From Pseudogymnoascus verrucosus (lineage: Eukaryota): a stretch of 64,000 bases of DNA. Positions within the stretch are counted from its first letter, which is position 1. Each line of letters starts with the position of its first letter. The notes beneath the pieces are model-generated. The model was given only the letters and a program-made list of their open reading frames with translations. It had not been told where the DNA came from and ran no database searches. Positions 23,579 through 36,521 of the stretch are shown here, piece by piece. The position numbers and the translations under genes are program-made. Location of the stretch: assembly GCA_001662655.1 (NCBI GenBank), contig KV460206.1; one strand, 5' to 3'.

Positions 23579-24310
23579 TCAGATCGGGTTTTCCATTTGT
23601 CTGCTTGCGGCCCTTCCATATGCTGGCCTGGCCAAAGTAGGGAGCGGTTCATTGCTGCCAGGAGACCCGTTGAATATCGAACTCGGCGGGCTGACGCGGT
23701 CAGCTTGGAACGACTTCTTGGAGTCGTCTCGGTAATGCCGTGGGAAATCTGTGGACTGTCTTTCTGGAATTGATGCGGTAAAACTGCTCTTCCTGCTCTG
23801 GTTCCGCACGTGCTTTGCCAGTCTCGTGCTTTGTCGTCGTACAGGCGGGACGAATGGATCCGCGCCTAGTATTGCGCCGTCTGTAAGCCCGCTTCTCGAA
23901 TTCGGTGCTCGAGCAACCATTGGCGGCGGCGACAAGGCCGTCTCGCCACTGTTCCTCGTGCCAAACGGACTTGGTTCAGCGCTCCATGTCCATCCTGGGG
24001 GATGTGATACGATCACAACAGAAGAGGATTGGCGTTTGTGAGATTTTATAGGGCTCCGGCCTGGGGCCTCGGTGTAGGTTTCTTTCCGTCCACGCCACCT
24101 CTCGATCTCTTCGTCGTCAACCGGCGAGATTCCCCTCCTTTGCCTGTGATATTTCGGATTACGTTTCCACTTAATAATGAAAACTGTGGCCGACACTACC
24201 ATAAAAAGCGCGAGTGAGCCGAAGACGGCGGAAAGGACGATGACAAGATTGCGGCTATTTTCATTCGGTTCATTGAACAGCGTCGTGTTTCTTGGGAATT
24301 TGGAAACCAT
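23579..24310 (-). CDS. Single-pass membrane protein with a disordered S/R-rich cytoplasmic tail (conserved-looking hypothetical)
   Basis: 243-aa ORF. TM segment VIVLSAVFGSLALFMVVSATVFII is followed by basic KWKR; motifs RGISPVDDEEIERWR and ARAPNSRSGLTDG. Confidence 0.75.
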   Translation of the reverse strand: MVSKFPRNTTLFNEPNENSRNLVIVLSAVFGSLALFMVVSATVFIIKWKRNPKYHRQRRGISPVDDEEIERWRGRKETYTEAPGRSPIKSHKRQSSSVVIVSHPPGWTWSAEPSPFGTRNSGETALSPPPMVARAPNSRSGLTDGAILGADPFVPPVRRQSTRLAKHVRNQSRKSSFTASIPERQSTDFPRHYRDDSKKSFQADRVSPPSSIFNGSPGSNEPLPTLARPAYGRAASRQMENPI

Positions 24311-26470
24311 TGGTAGGGGGATTGAAGATCCGTTGGCTTCAATCCCTTATGTGGTATTTTATCTGGCCGGCAGAGGTGTTGGGAGAGTCCGTCGAAGGAC
24401 AATGAGAACTTTTTCACGTCGAGTAAATAGTCGAAAGAGTTCCCTCAAGGTAACTGATCGAAAGTTCGGTGGTCGTTGCCAATTCGGATAATGTCAAAGA
24501 CGCAAGTAGCAGCTATGAATCTCAATGATCTTTGGCCTGCAGCTCTGCATCGTTGTCGGTATTCGAAGAGTCGACTTAAACGGGTAACGGCAACCAAAAA
24601 GTATAGATGCCGAATCCAATTTCACAATCTACCACCTCAGTCCGTAATCTTGCTAGCTCTTAATAGTATCCTTATAGCTGTGGTCCGACAAGCATGGCGA
24701 GAGAGAAGGTCCTGCTCCTAAAAAAATCCTGTCTGGCAAAGATTCAAGTATCGGAGTATATAGAAAGGTAATAGCGAGCTGGTTCTGAAAACGATTGTAA
24801 ACGGCGTAGAGCCAATGGTCCTCTACGTTCAGAACAAGTAACTCAGCGGCGACGTCGAGGCGTGCAGAAGCAGCGGTAAAGGAGGAACGGGAGGGACGGG
24901 AATATAAAGTTGCCCAAGCACCACACAGAGCTTCTCCTCTTTGCTTCCAATGCTGGTCGCCAGGGCGGGCCGTCGTTAATCGCTGCCGCATGGGGACCTT
25001 GGCCAATAACCAAAGTCGTGCGGGCGCAGGGGAGGGGTGATGAGGAAATACAGCCAAGGAATGGTTGAGACTTACTTTTAGCAGCACTCTAACTTGAGAG
25101 CTGGTAAAGATTGCAACGCTCTGGGAGAGGAGAGAGGGGAACACTACTCCGCAGGGAAGACAGGTTGAGGCACACACGGTGTGGAGAGAGAAGTCCTGGG
25201 AGTGGAGCGGCGGAAGTTGAGATGTGACAGCGTGACAGGTTCGTTTTCCACGTTGCGGAGCTAGCTGGCGGCTTTGCAATACTATGGTACGGCAGACAGG
25301 GTCGAAAATAATAACACCCCTGATCTCGTGCAGTAGTACGCACTTTGCATCTAACCTCGTGGGACCTCGTGCAGAGTGGAGTTTGTCATCGTGGGAGGCG
25401 TGTAAGGGTCGCGATTGGAGTGGACTGGACAGTTGGTGTGGTGGTGTTGTCGCACTGTCTCTCAATGTTCCAAGCTAAAGCAAGGTTTTTGAGCTCTCGG
25501 ACCCGTTAACACACAGTAGTATGACTGGTAGTATACTCAGTTTCGCCATTTTGTGCAAAGAAAAAAGAACTTATCCAACCCGCCCCCATGCTACCAGCCC
25601 GTCCAACCCCAGTTATACCAGCTAGACCAGTCGCTCAGTCAGACAGTTATGAAGAGCGAGTGCGTTTTGTCGGTCAAGCTTCCCACGAATCAGTGGAGAA
25701 CTCAAGTGCACGAATCAGGGGTTTGCCGTATATCGACCCCTCTTCGAATATCGAACTGGTCGAGTGCATGGTCTCAGGTACGGCTTTTCCATTCGGGCTC
25801 CCGCGAGACCTATCTATACCGCCCACGTTTGGCCGGATTCGATCATCGCTGCCTCCGTCGCTCCTGCCGTCCAGGCCCAACCTGAGTCGAGGTATGCGCT
25901 GGCACCTGTTCCTTCGCCGGGTCAGCAAACTGTCCGGGCAATAAGCAAACAAATGCAGCCTCAGCAGACGGAGCCACGCATCAGCGCCCCTTGTCGTGCA
26001 GGAATTGAAGGATTGTGGAAGGCTCCAAAAAAACGGTTTCACGAAACATTAGAGGTCAATCCATACCTGTAGAACACATCAAAACTGTACAACGGTGTCC
26101 TGTCCTCTGCAAGGGCCCCGACAAGACAAGGGAGGGGCAGGGAGTGGTTTGAGCATCCACCATCCACCATCCACAATCCACCATTCAATTCTCGTGGAGT
26201 TCGTGGAGTGGTCGACCGACGGGTTACCTTTCCGAATAGTACAGTAAGAGGGTCTGTGTACCCCACCAACCAGCCTCCTCCCATGCAAGCACTCGAAACA
26301 ATACCAGGCTAGGGACCGCACCATCACCGTTACAGCAACAAGGTCCGTAATACCCTCTCCCCCACCCCCACCACCATCACCTAACCCAGACGTCTTCTCC
26401 GGCCGACCAGCCCATGCGGGTAAGGAAGGAAATAAATATCACGAACGAGGGTATGGATTATCACAAACAG

Positions 26471-26503
26471 GTGTGTGCGCGCGTGTGTGTGTGTGTGTGT
26501 GTG
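26471..26503. repeat. (GT)n microsatellite
   Basis: gtgtgtgcgcgcgtgtgtgtgtgtgtgtgtgtg. Confidence 0.9.
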
Positions 26504-27426
26504 ATGACCGAGGGTGATGATGGACAACACGGGAACACTGGCGCCCACGAACACGGTGTGGGATAAGCGGCGCGGGAACACTGGCGGGAACGGATAAGAG
26601 GTGTGATGAGCGGAGGCGGGGAGACAAGACTGGACGGCGCTCGCTCGCTGGTAACACCATAAATCCAGGCAGGCTGTGCGCAGGTTTGCCCGTCTCGATC
26701 TACACTCACTCACCAGTTGATCCAACGAGGTAAAATTCCATGTCGACCACTGTCTCTCAAATAAGGAGAGGCAGACAAGTCTCCCAAAACCCCCCCACAA
26801 GACCCCGCGCGAAACCTCAGGTACGAGGGACCGATGATCCCTCCTTGCTCCACCTCCTCTCCCTTCAGCAAATTATTACGGGACCCCCCTCTCGCAATTG
26901 CCGCGAGATTTCGATAGACCGGTACTCGAGATAAAGGGAAGGGAGAGAGACGATAATGAGTAAGTTGCCGTGTCTATGCGGAAGCAGACATACGTTTCTG
27001 AGTCAAATTCGTGGTGTTGAATAATTGTCATACATACATACATAACATACCCCGATTTCTGAGACATTGTGTGTTGGCGAAGTTGGTGAAAAGTTGGCAG
27101 CTAGACCATCATGGCCGCGTCGTATTCAGACATGGCGTTATCGTCGATGGGTTCAGTGTATGAGGGCATCCCTCCCCTGTTGATCGATAAAATGCCCTCA
27201 CTACTTTATCCGCAACCCAATTTGAAGCTACCTAGTCTAGTCTTGATAGATACCATGAGTGAGACCTGTGATAAAAGTGATAATATTGATTCACAAGTAT
27301 GTATTGCTATCTCCTCTTCCCAAAAACGCTGTAAATCACCTCGGTCGAAGCTGGTAACGCAACGCACTATCCAAAACCCCCCTCTCCATAGTCGGTCACA
27401 CTCCTTGTTATACTAACATCCAACAA

Positions 27427-30400
27427 TCAGGCAACCACCCTCGCCCCCGCGAGGATATCCCAGTTCCCGCCACAGTAACAACGTCTCTGCTGCATGATCA
27501 GGAACTGCACCGGCGGCGTCAGGCTGTGGATATCCTCCATAGCCGCTGCACACCTTACGCATCTCCTCCACCGCCTCCCCGGGCGAGATCCCCTTGCATC
27601 TATTCCCTGAGCCTCCTCTGGTTCCATCCCCAGCTGTATCGGCACGCGAGAGAAGATGTCTATCGTGTGGTTTACCCTGTACTGTGCGCTACTCGTCGTC
27701 GCACTACCCTCCGCAGCCCCTTTGCCCGCAGATGCATTCGACTCCGGCAATCCCAAGATACCAAAGTCATGAAAGAACAACCTCGAAGGATCAATCTCCG
27801 CCCGCAACTTCGGGAGCTCCTCACTGAAAATGCGAGATATAGCCGGAGCCATAACCTCTGGCAGCGGCGCCCCAAATAGTATCCCTTGCTCGACGTTGTT
27901 TCTCTTGGAGTCACCCGGGGCGCCCTGTGCCTGCTGCTGGGACGGGAATTTCGCCGCGGTGTAGGCTTCCTTGACGACATCGGCGATGCGGGCGACGAAG
28001 GCTTCGAAGCGGCTGATTGGCACGATTGATGAGGCGGTTAGTGTCGCGATGGCGGTATATGAGGAGCGGAGGGAGTTGGAGATTAGCGGCGCGGACTGGC
28101 CGGGAGGAGCGGAGACGCTCTGCGCTGCTGACATGGCTTTGCGTGCGGTATAATCCAGGTGGGCGAGCCGGCGGCAGATTCCTGTGAGGAACCCTCTAGT
28201 TGCTGATGAGAGGAGGACGTGTAAGGCGATGTTGTTAGTTGCGAGTAGATGGGCACTGAGAAGTGGTATTGACCCGTCTTCGCCCTTGGTTACTGACTCG
28301 AAGACCTCTGGGTCCTCGGGGTGCAGAAGGCAGTCTATAAGCCAGGACATGAGGTCTAGGCACCACCGTACTGAGCCCGCGAGTAGACGTATGACCTCTG
28401 GAACCGTAAATCAGTAACTGAACATCATCATTGATATAACGAACTTACCGGAATCCTCTAGCCCCAATACCTTCTTCTGTTGATCGGGGATAGGTACTCT
28501 TATATTCATAGCCATTGTAATCAGAACCACACAATTTCGGAGTTGAAGGCTAATCCAAGCAATCTTCGACTCAAATGTCCGCTTGTGAGCATCGCCGTTG
28601 TATCCTAGAGCATTCTGTATACTGAGAGAAATCTGGATGGAGGGGTTTCGAATCAGCGAATCATGGTGTGATTCTTCAGAGTAGTCGACGTTAAATTTGA
28701 GGGTTTTGGAAACCTCTGAAACCAAGTCGAATGCAAAGGCTGTAAACAAGTCTTAGCATTGTGAGCCTGACGTGAGTTTGGTACACTTACATGACAAATG
28801 CTTGAATTTGCTAGCTGCCGCCATCAGATCATCATGGTTGCTAGAGTTCATTATCGCTGTCGAGCAAGCCATACTGAACCCTGCGATGACTGCTGCATAT
28901 TGTGCTTTCACAATGTTAGCTTATAAACCAGGAAGTGTAAGGGGGCTCTTACTATCTTCAAGGGAAGTGCCAATTTCACCCATGTTGTAAACCAGCGGAT
29001 TCCATTTAATCTTTCCATCACAGCCTTTCTGGACCACCGACAGATGAGTGGGAGACAGTGCTCCAACCAAACCTCCAGATATTGTTAGCAAGTGAAAGAT
29101 TTGAGAAAGGCTTTGAGGCTCACTGGGTTCATATCCATTATAGGTAAATCCTATTTGCGAAATATGAGAAAACTTGTCCAACCCTCCCAGTGTAAACAGT
29201 TCTGCCAAAGATGTTCGGTCACGATATTCAACCGACCCGTCGCTGTAACCAAAGCAAATGATTCGTTCAAAGTAAATTGCTTCAATCCAGATCACTACCT
29301 TATTGGATGTGAACCCTTCTTGCTTCTTTAGGCTTGGCGAAGGCTATAATATATGTCAACAGTGGGTCGACAATATAGATGGGGAATGCTCACCCCTGGC
29401 TTTGATCCAACACTATTCCGACGTGCACTTAGCTGTTCAAAGGCGGGATGAACGCTTGGAGAAGCCTCGGATAGCTCCCATCTGTTTATGAGGCTGTGGG
29501 TATCTTGATTATATTGAGACATCGAGTTTGGTAAATGAGATCTGATGGTAATAACTGTTGGTGATGTGGGGCGGCCACCAGGTCCATCAGGGGATGGCGA
29601 TAAAATAGACAAATGGGACAAAGCCGCCATAGATGGAGAAAGATGGAATGGATCCGAGGCATCGGTAGCACTTCCGTCCATCCAGTTGGTGTCAGATAAG
29701 AGCCGAATAATAATAGTTGGCGTTACAGTGTTCAAAGCTGGATTGACAGGCCGATCGGGAGGGTTGGCGGTAGGACTGCCCCATTTTATAGCTATTCTGG
29801 CTATGCTCAGCTTCTTTGCCGTTGTTGCAAATGCCAGAAGCAGGGTATTATCTAGTAGCCGAGTTAGTTCTGTTGCAAGTCTCGCAATTTCGGAGATACC
29901 TACTTTTATCTGCGCATATTGAAGCATGCGTGATGAGGTCGTCCGAGGAAGAGATACTCTCAATATCTGAAGATAACTCATGCCATTTTCCGTCCGCTTG
30001 AGGCCACAGGAGCGACAAAGAGCCACCTGTACTCACGGTGATTAGGGCGGACTTGTGGGCGTTTGGAAAGCAAGGCCCAAAGGCTATGGCTTGAGATATC
30101 TCGTACCTATAGTCTGTCGACGTCTTGACAGCTACGCTTTGAATGCCGGGCTAAGACTAATTTAGAGAAGTTCCTCTATCACGTAATGCAAACTTACTTG
30201 TCGCACATTTGATGGCGATAGATTTAGCCAGTACGCACCAACGACGGCACGAAGGTCCTCAATAGGACCTACGTTGCTGTTCCGAGTGAACGTGGGCTTG
30301 TTCAAGGACTGAGCAAGATTCAATATCGCAATACGACCAGCAGAATCTATGGCCGCCAAGTCAGCTCCATTGGGACTCCAACATAGATGCTTCAACTGGC

Positions 30401-30768
30401 CGCCATCAGCGATTGGGGCGATCTGAGGGATAATGGTAGGGTCACTCAAGTCCCACGAGCCATCTTTGGGATGAATCCGCAGATTACGGAATTCTAAGCC
30501 CAGCCCGTTTGAAGTGATGGAAGCAATAGATCCCCAGCGCGACCACGCAATGCTCCTTTTCTCTATCGTCAGCTTGTGTTTTCTCAGTCTCCGTCCTGGG
30601 GGGGGAGGGGGTCAGGACGCACTGGCAACATCCGCTTCCGCGAAGCTCGTCGACCCGTTGGAAGAGCTCCTTCGGCGGTGGCCGGGAAGGTGGTAAGAGA
30701 CCACCGGCCCCATCTCCAAAGAGGTCATCGATGTCGACCTCCATATCATCGTCCATCATGAGCGGCAT
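27427..30768 (-). CDS. SIN4: Mediator tail subunit Med16/Sin4; 9 exons (30768-30623, 30555-30198, 30150-29904, 29851-29394, 29343-29124, 29072-28953, 28904-28791, 28739-28449, 28397-27427)
   Basis: MDDDMEVDIDDLFGD, GCCQSIAWSRWGSIASI, HLCWSPNGADLAAIDSAGRIAI, LLSSATRGFLTGICRRL and C-terminal WRRCVRC...RRCYCGGNW. The eight inferred introns keep one reading frame. Confidence 0.9.
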
Positions 30769-31714
30769 CACTCTTCCACTTCCCACGTGCGAATAGCGTA
30801 GCCCACCACCATGCGGCTGCCAATTACGGCAAGCGAATAATTTTCCGGGCTGTGATTGGTTGTAGGGTAACTATATTATAAAATGGGTTCAAGAGTGGTG
30901 ATTCATGCGACTATAATGGATTATAGAGCCTATTAGCTGTTAATGGGCTATAGTATATATGCGTTATATGCGTTTATATTGGAAGGAACGGACTCTGGAA
31001 GTTCCGTTCAGTAGTATGTCCATCCACTTCGGACAAAACTTGCTTGCCGTTGGCTGTTTGGCTGTTTGGTGGTGTGGTGCTTTCCCACAGGCTGCAGGGA
31101 TGCCGCACAATGGGGTTAGTCCGGGTCTCTCCTAGTGGAACATCCACCCACCCATTGACACGGCAACCAGCGGATCCCTCGAATAAATGATCGTAAAATG
31201 ACGCTGGGAGAGAGATCTATAAAAACCTAAAATAAAGAAGCCATAATATTGTAGGGCTAGCTGTGGTTTTATTTATTTTCCGGCGTATACAATATTATAA
31301 AGAGGCTGATAAAGCGTATAGGAGTACAAAATAGTAGTGATATCACATGTGCGATGTCACTTTTGCGCCGGGAATGTCGAGAGAGTAGTTTGGACCATTC
31401 TTACCAGAACCGCCATTTATGACTCTCGGTTAAGAAACTAGCCCATTCACTCTCCCCCCAGTACACCCAGCCAAGAAGCAATGGCCACCAAAACAAACAG
31501 CCCGCCCTAAGGCTAAGAAAGAGCCTCTCCAACGACCTAACAACGTACCTTCCTTCATACATCGTCATCCACCGCTCCTATTTCGACAACCACCACCGAC
31601 ACGACAACCAAACGCCAACAGGAGGAATCAACGACACAGACAGCTCGAAAATGAGACAGTAATTCCGCAGCAGGAGCACCCCATCTCGAATATCCTAAAG
31701 TTACAGCCGTTAAA

Positions 31715-33564
31715 ATGGACGACATGCCGGGCATGTCGCCGCCTCCGTCTCCACTGGAGTCCCTGGTTTCGTCCCCTCTGTCTATGCGATCCAGGTCACC
31801 AACACCGCCATACGAATACCCGTCTCCCAGGTCTTCTCAGCCGTCAGGGAGTAGGTCATCTTCTACAGCGCGCGACATGCAAGATGAGGCGGAGGGCCCG
31901 CCGCCAGCCAAGAAGCGCAAGCTTGCTCAACCCAAGGAGCGGACGACGGAGTACTTAGATCTGCACACCCTCGACGAGAGCACCGATCCGGAGAAATTGG
32001 CCAATGACGATCTGCAGCTTCAGCGTCTCCTCAAAGTCCTACGGACGAAGCGGAAGATTGTTGTAATTGCAGGAGCTGGAATTTCCGTTTCGGCAGGCAG
32101 TAAGGAAATTGCCCATCCTTTTTATCTTGCCATAAAACTAACCATGCTCTAGTTCCCGACTTCCGCTCTTCAACTGGACTCTTCACCACACTTCGCAGCA
32201 AATATGATTTAAAGTCTTCTGGAAAAGACCTCTTTGACGCGGCCGTATACAAGAACGACTCCTCAACAGCCTCCTTTCATGACATGGTTCGCGAGATGTC
32301 GCACATGACTCGGCAAGCAAACCCAACAATGTTCCACCATATGATCGCGACAATTGCGGAAGAGGGCCGTCTAATGCGCCTCTACACGCAAAACGTAGAT
32401 GGGATCGACACATCCCTAGAGCCGCTCCGGACAAACATCCCTCTCAATTCGAGGGGTCCCTGGCCAAAAACTATCCAGCTCCATGGCGGATTGGAGAAGA
32501 TGGTCTGCACCAAGTGCCGCGCGCTATCTGACTTCGACGGCTCCCTTTTCGAAGGTTCCGAGCCTCCATCCTGTAAAGCATGTGAGGAGTTAGATGAGAT
32601 CCGAACCACCCTAGCCGGAAAGCGAAGCCACGGCATTGGCCGCCTCCGCCCCAGAATAGTCCTCTACAACGAATACAACCCCGACGAAGAAGCCATCGGC
32701 GCCGTCACAACAGCCGATCTCAAGAGCCGCCCCGACGCCGTCATCGTCGTCGGCACGAGCCTGAAAGTCCCAGGCGTAAAACGCATCGCACGTGAGATGT
32801 GCCAAGTCGCGCGCGGTCGCAAAGACGGCTTCACAGCCTGGATCAACCACGGGCCTGAACCAGTCGGGCTGGAGTTCAAGGACTGCTGGGACTTGGTGAT
32901 TCGCGGGGACTGCGACGAGGTTGCGCGCCATGCTGCGATTCCGAAATGGGATGATAAGGATGTTGGACCGTATACTGTTCTTCCTCCGCGAGAGACTCCG
33001 AAGTCCCCGATGAAGGTTGAGCTGGGTGGTGCGGCGAAACATAAGGCTGTTGAGAAGACGCAGGGTATGGTGACGCCCACTGCTAGCCCGCGAACTCGCA
33101 GCCCCGCGCCGGCGAAGGACTTGAAGAAGATGAAGCAGCCCAAGCTCTTCGCTTCTGGAACCGCTACTAAGCCCATCACCAAACCCACCTCCACAGCAGC
33201 AGGGGCTAAAAAGAAGGCTCCCGCGCCCAAGAAACCCGCTGCTGCGAAGAACGCTAAGATTACTAAGGCATTCACAACCACCAAGTCCTCCAAGGCCATC
33301 TCGGGAAAGGCCATCAAACACGAGCCTATCGCGCCTATGTTCCCTAACCTCAGCAAGGTCGCGCCGTCATCACCTATGCTCCCGCTGTCGTTAGTGGAGG
33401 TGCGGAATAATACCGAGACCACGCCGGTGAAGCGCGAGTTTGGCGGCAAGGCGGAGGCAGCGGATCCGGATTCGCCGAGCGCGCAGTTGAGGAGGGAGGG
33501 GGGGAGGGAGACGGTGTCGCCGGGGGTAGTGCCGAGGGGGATGGGGCATTTGATTGAGACTTAG
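31715..33564 (+). CDS. HST4: NAD-dependent histone deacetylase of the Hst3/Hst4 class; exons 31715-32099, 32153-33564
   Basis: IVVIAGAGISVSAG|IPDFRSSTGLF, RLYTQNVDGID, QLHGGLEKMVCTKC...CKAC, GRLRPRIVLYNE, IVVGTSLKVPG. Confidence 0.9.
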
Positions 33565-34294
33565 CGCGGCGTCAGGCTGGGTTCACTGTCCTAGGGGGGT
33601 TATGTGTTTAAGCTGGTTCGATCCTGGGGTGCTGGGGAGTGTTATTGAGGTGAGGATGGGGGGGTTATACCACACCACCACCCATCCCCCATATGTGCGT
33701 TTTTGGCGTCAAAGGCAAGGCAGCACGCGGTGCCGTGCTAGAATAGGGTGTCATACCATCCATGTTCCGCCTTTTTTATTTGTTTTTCTGGAGGCGCGGT
33801 TATTCTCACACATCGGAAGCATGGCATGGCATTGCATTGCTTGCGTGGATGATGTTGGCTTGGTGTCATATATGGATAAGATAGTAGGGTTAGTAGTGTT
33901 AGGAGTGATAGGAGTGCTAGTGGGCTTTTTTTTAGAATAGGGTTATATCTCTGGCTGTCGCTCTAGCTGTGCGCTGGGGGATGAGTGGGTGGCTGGGTAA
34001 TTATATTTGTTTTACTGGTATGATATGACTTGTATGTTGTGACTTCGTGGGGTGATGTTGAGCTGGATCCCTGGTGTTGTCGTCATGAATTTTCCCAGTC
34101 TTATCTCAACACTTGTACAAGTATTCATTTTCAAGCCGAATATACTTGTTCTACAAAAAATCCCAAACAGCTCTCAGATGGGCACCAATATAACGCCCCC
34201 GCTATGCGAACCCATCCCACTTTATACCCCCAAAACTCCAAACAAATGCATAATCCACCCAACCAGCACCCCCCTCCCCTAGACCTCCAACACC

Positions 34295-35250
34295 CTACTC
34301 CCCCACATCCCCATCCTCATACTCGATCTCCGCCAAATCGCCCGTCTCCCTCGGCTCCTGCGCCTCATGATACTGAATCGCATCATCGAGATAACTCAAG
34401 ATAGCCCCCACACTATCCTCATCCTGCACATCAAGCCTCAAATACGACACCATGCTAAAACTCTCAATCAACCCCGCCACCGCGCGATTCAAGCGCCGGA
34501 AACTCTCCCCGCGCATCATACTCCCGTTCTCTAGCGGATCACCCACGCCCGGCTCCTCTCCACCGCCAAGGTCAGAGGGGTCGTCGTCTAGGAGTGATGC
34601 GTCGGGGTCGAGGAAGCGCTTGAGCTCCCGCTTGCCGACTTGTCCTTTTACTAGGTCCATTTTGGAGAGGATGTTAACGTGGGGGACTTCTAGCATAATC
34701 ATCGCTGACATCGCCGACAGTGTCCCCGCAAAAAACTTCGCCCGATCAACTACAAATGTTGCCTCGAGCAAATATGCCGCCGCGAGATTAACACTCAACC
34801 CCCCCTGCATCGTGAGATGCTTCACCAGCGCCGGCAGCACAGGGACATGCGTGTATAGCTCGATCTGGCCCGGCATATCGATTACAATAAGGTACTCCTC
34901 GGACAGCGGATCGATAGCTTCGGTGATGAAATCGAGGTTCTCGAGGAGGAACTCGAAACAGTAGATTAGACCCCCGTTGGGCCCCAGCCCCATTTCCTCC
35001 ATCACGTCGGAGAGGGAGATCAGGTCTTTGATGTCCAGGTCGGGCTCGTGGTCGAAGGTCTCCGCGGCGGGGTCCAGGTTGATGTAGAAGGAGGACCGGC
35101 GGTTGTGGTGGAGGTGCGTGATGAGAGAGCTGCAGAAGGTGGTCTATGGGCGCCGGGTTAGATGGGGGTTCAAGGGACGGTGAATGGGGATGGGGGACTG
35201 ACCTTGCCGGCGCCCGCGGGGCCCATGACCAGCACACCGAATTTGGACAT
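34295..35250 (-). CDS. GPN3: GPN-loop GTPase 3 (RNA polymerase assembly/import); exons 35250-35203, 35143-34295
   Basis: MSKFGVLVMGPAGAGK|TTFC, NLDPAAE, GLGPNGGLIYCFEFL, DMPGQIELYTH. The GPAGAGK and IYCFE patterns fit Gpn3 better than Gpn2. Confidence 0.9.
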
Positions 35251-36354
35251 TGTGAAGAGGGAGAGTGGTGTTGGTGGGGAATGAGTTTTGTTAAAGTCGC
35301 CGCTGCTGCATGGCTTGGAGGGGGGAGGTCGGTGAGGCTGAGGAGGGGTTATTTGCTTGCTAGCTATGCGATCATAGAAATTTGCAGTGTTGCTTGGTCA
35401 GCCTCGCGCGAAAGGCTGACGAATGGGAAGGCTGCGTGGGTTTACTTCGGGGTACATGGGTTTCGGGGGGTTGGTGATGGGAGGGATGGTTGGAAAATAA
35501 GCAATCCTAAGTACCCCGCAGTAGACATTTTTTGCTTTTCGGGGTTTAACTGCCCCTCGACCACCCCGACGGGGTTTTGTTTCAAAGAAGTGAGGGTTCA
35601 CGCCTTTTCATGTAGCACGTGTATTTATTATTGTTGTACGTATTACGGAGTAAGGTATAGAGTAGTAGTAGTAGTAGTATGAGCTGTTTAAGGGGGTTTC
35701 AAGGCCTGCATTTTACGAAGTATGGTTCCGTTGAAGTCGATCCACGATATCAGTAGAGTACCAAGAGTTTCTGCGGGGATGGCTGCCGTTGAAGACAATG
35801 GTAAAAATGGAAATCTGAGCTGAATCCCCGAGTTGGGTGTCTGATTGGGGGCACGTGCAATCACGCACTTCGTACGACTCGGGGATTTCAGGCGCTGGTT
35901 GATTGAAAGGTGGCAGAAATGGCCGGCTACGGAAGGGACAAGGAACAACAAAGAAAAAAGACAGGTAGGACGGGGAGTAACAGCCCATTCTCACCGCTCG
36001 ACGAAAGTACTCGTGGCCCTCGATGGCAACATCCAACCCCTCTGATGGTACTTGGGACACTTGGGACTCAATTGGAATCTACTGTGTTTTCCGTATAATA
36101 TAGAGTAGTTACCATAGTAATTATGAGGCTCTTTATATCAATTCAGAAGCTGTATAGAAATATTCATCTTCATCCCAATCACCACCACAATTTTCATCCT
36201 CTAAGCCGTCGTTTTCGTATTTTTTCGCCGATGGCCCTGTTGTACCTTGCGCGGTTTATCGTGCTGGGAGGTACATCGGTCCATTTTCGACAAATGGTGC
36301 CTTCTCGTCTCGCTAAAATAAATTAGACTCGATCGCCCTCCGAAGTTCTAATCC

Positions 36355-36510
36355 TGCCCCACTACTTCTTCTCAACCTTCCCCTCCCCTCTTCAACTTCT
36401 TCTTGTCTACTATTCCTCTCTCTATCTCTATACCCCTCTAGACACTTTCTTGTCTTCATCTTCTCTTCATCTTCTTTATACCTCAACCCTCTCTCTCCTC
36501 CCCCCCCAGA
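36355..36510 (+). promoter_or_regulatory. CT-rich pyrimidine tract before SAM synthetase (typical of highly expressed fungal genes)
   Basis: About 150 nt of mostly C/T immediately upstream of ATG 36522. Confidence 0.6.
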
Positions 36511-36521
36511 ATCTATTCAAG

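Noticed and set aside
24653..25465. 270-aa minus-strand ORF
   Set aside because: Non-ATG start, no recognisable motif and composition typical of translated UTR
31481..31510. Short uORF (MATKTNSPP*) upstream of HST4
   Set aside because: The TSS is unknown and such short ORFs arise by chance
33575..33635. GGTTCGATCC resembling a tRNA T-arm
   Set aside because: No acceptor stem, D-arm or anticodon arm could be built; it lies in the HST4 3' UTR
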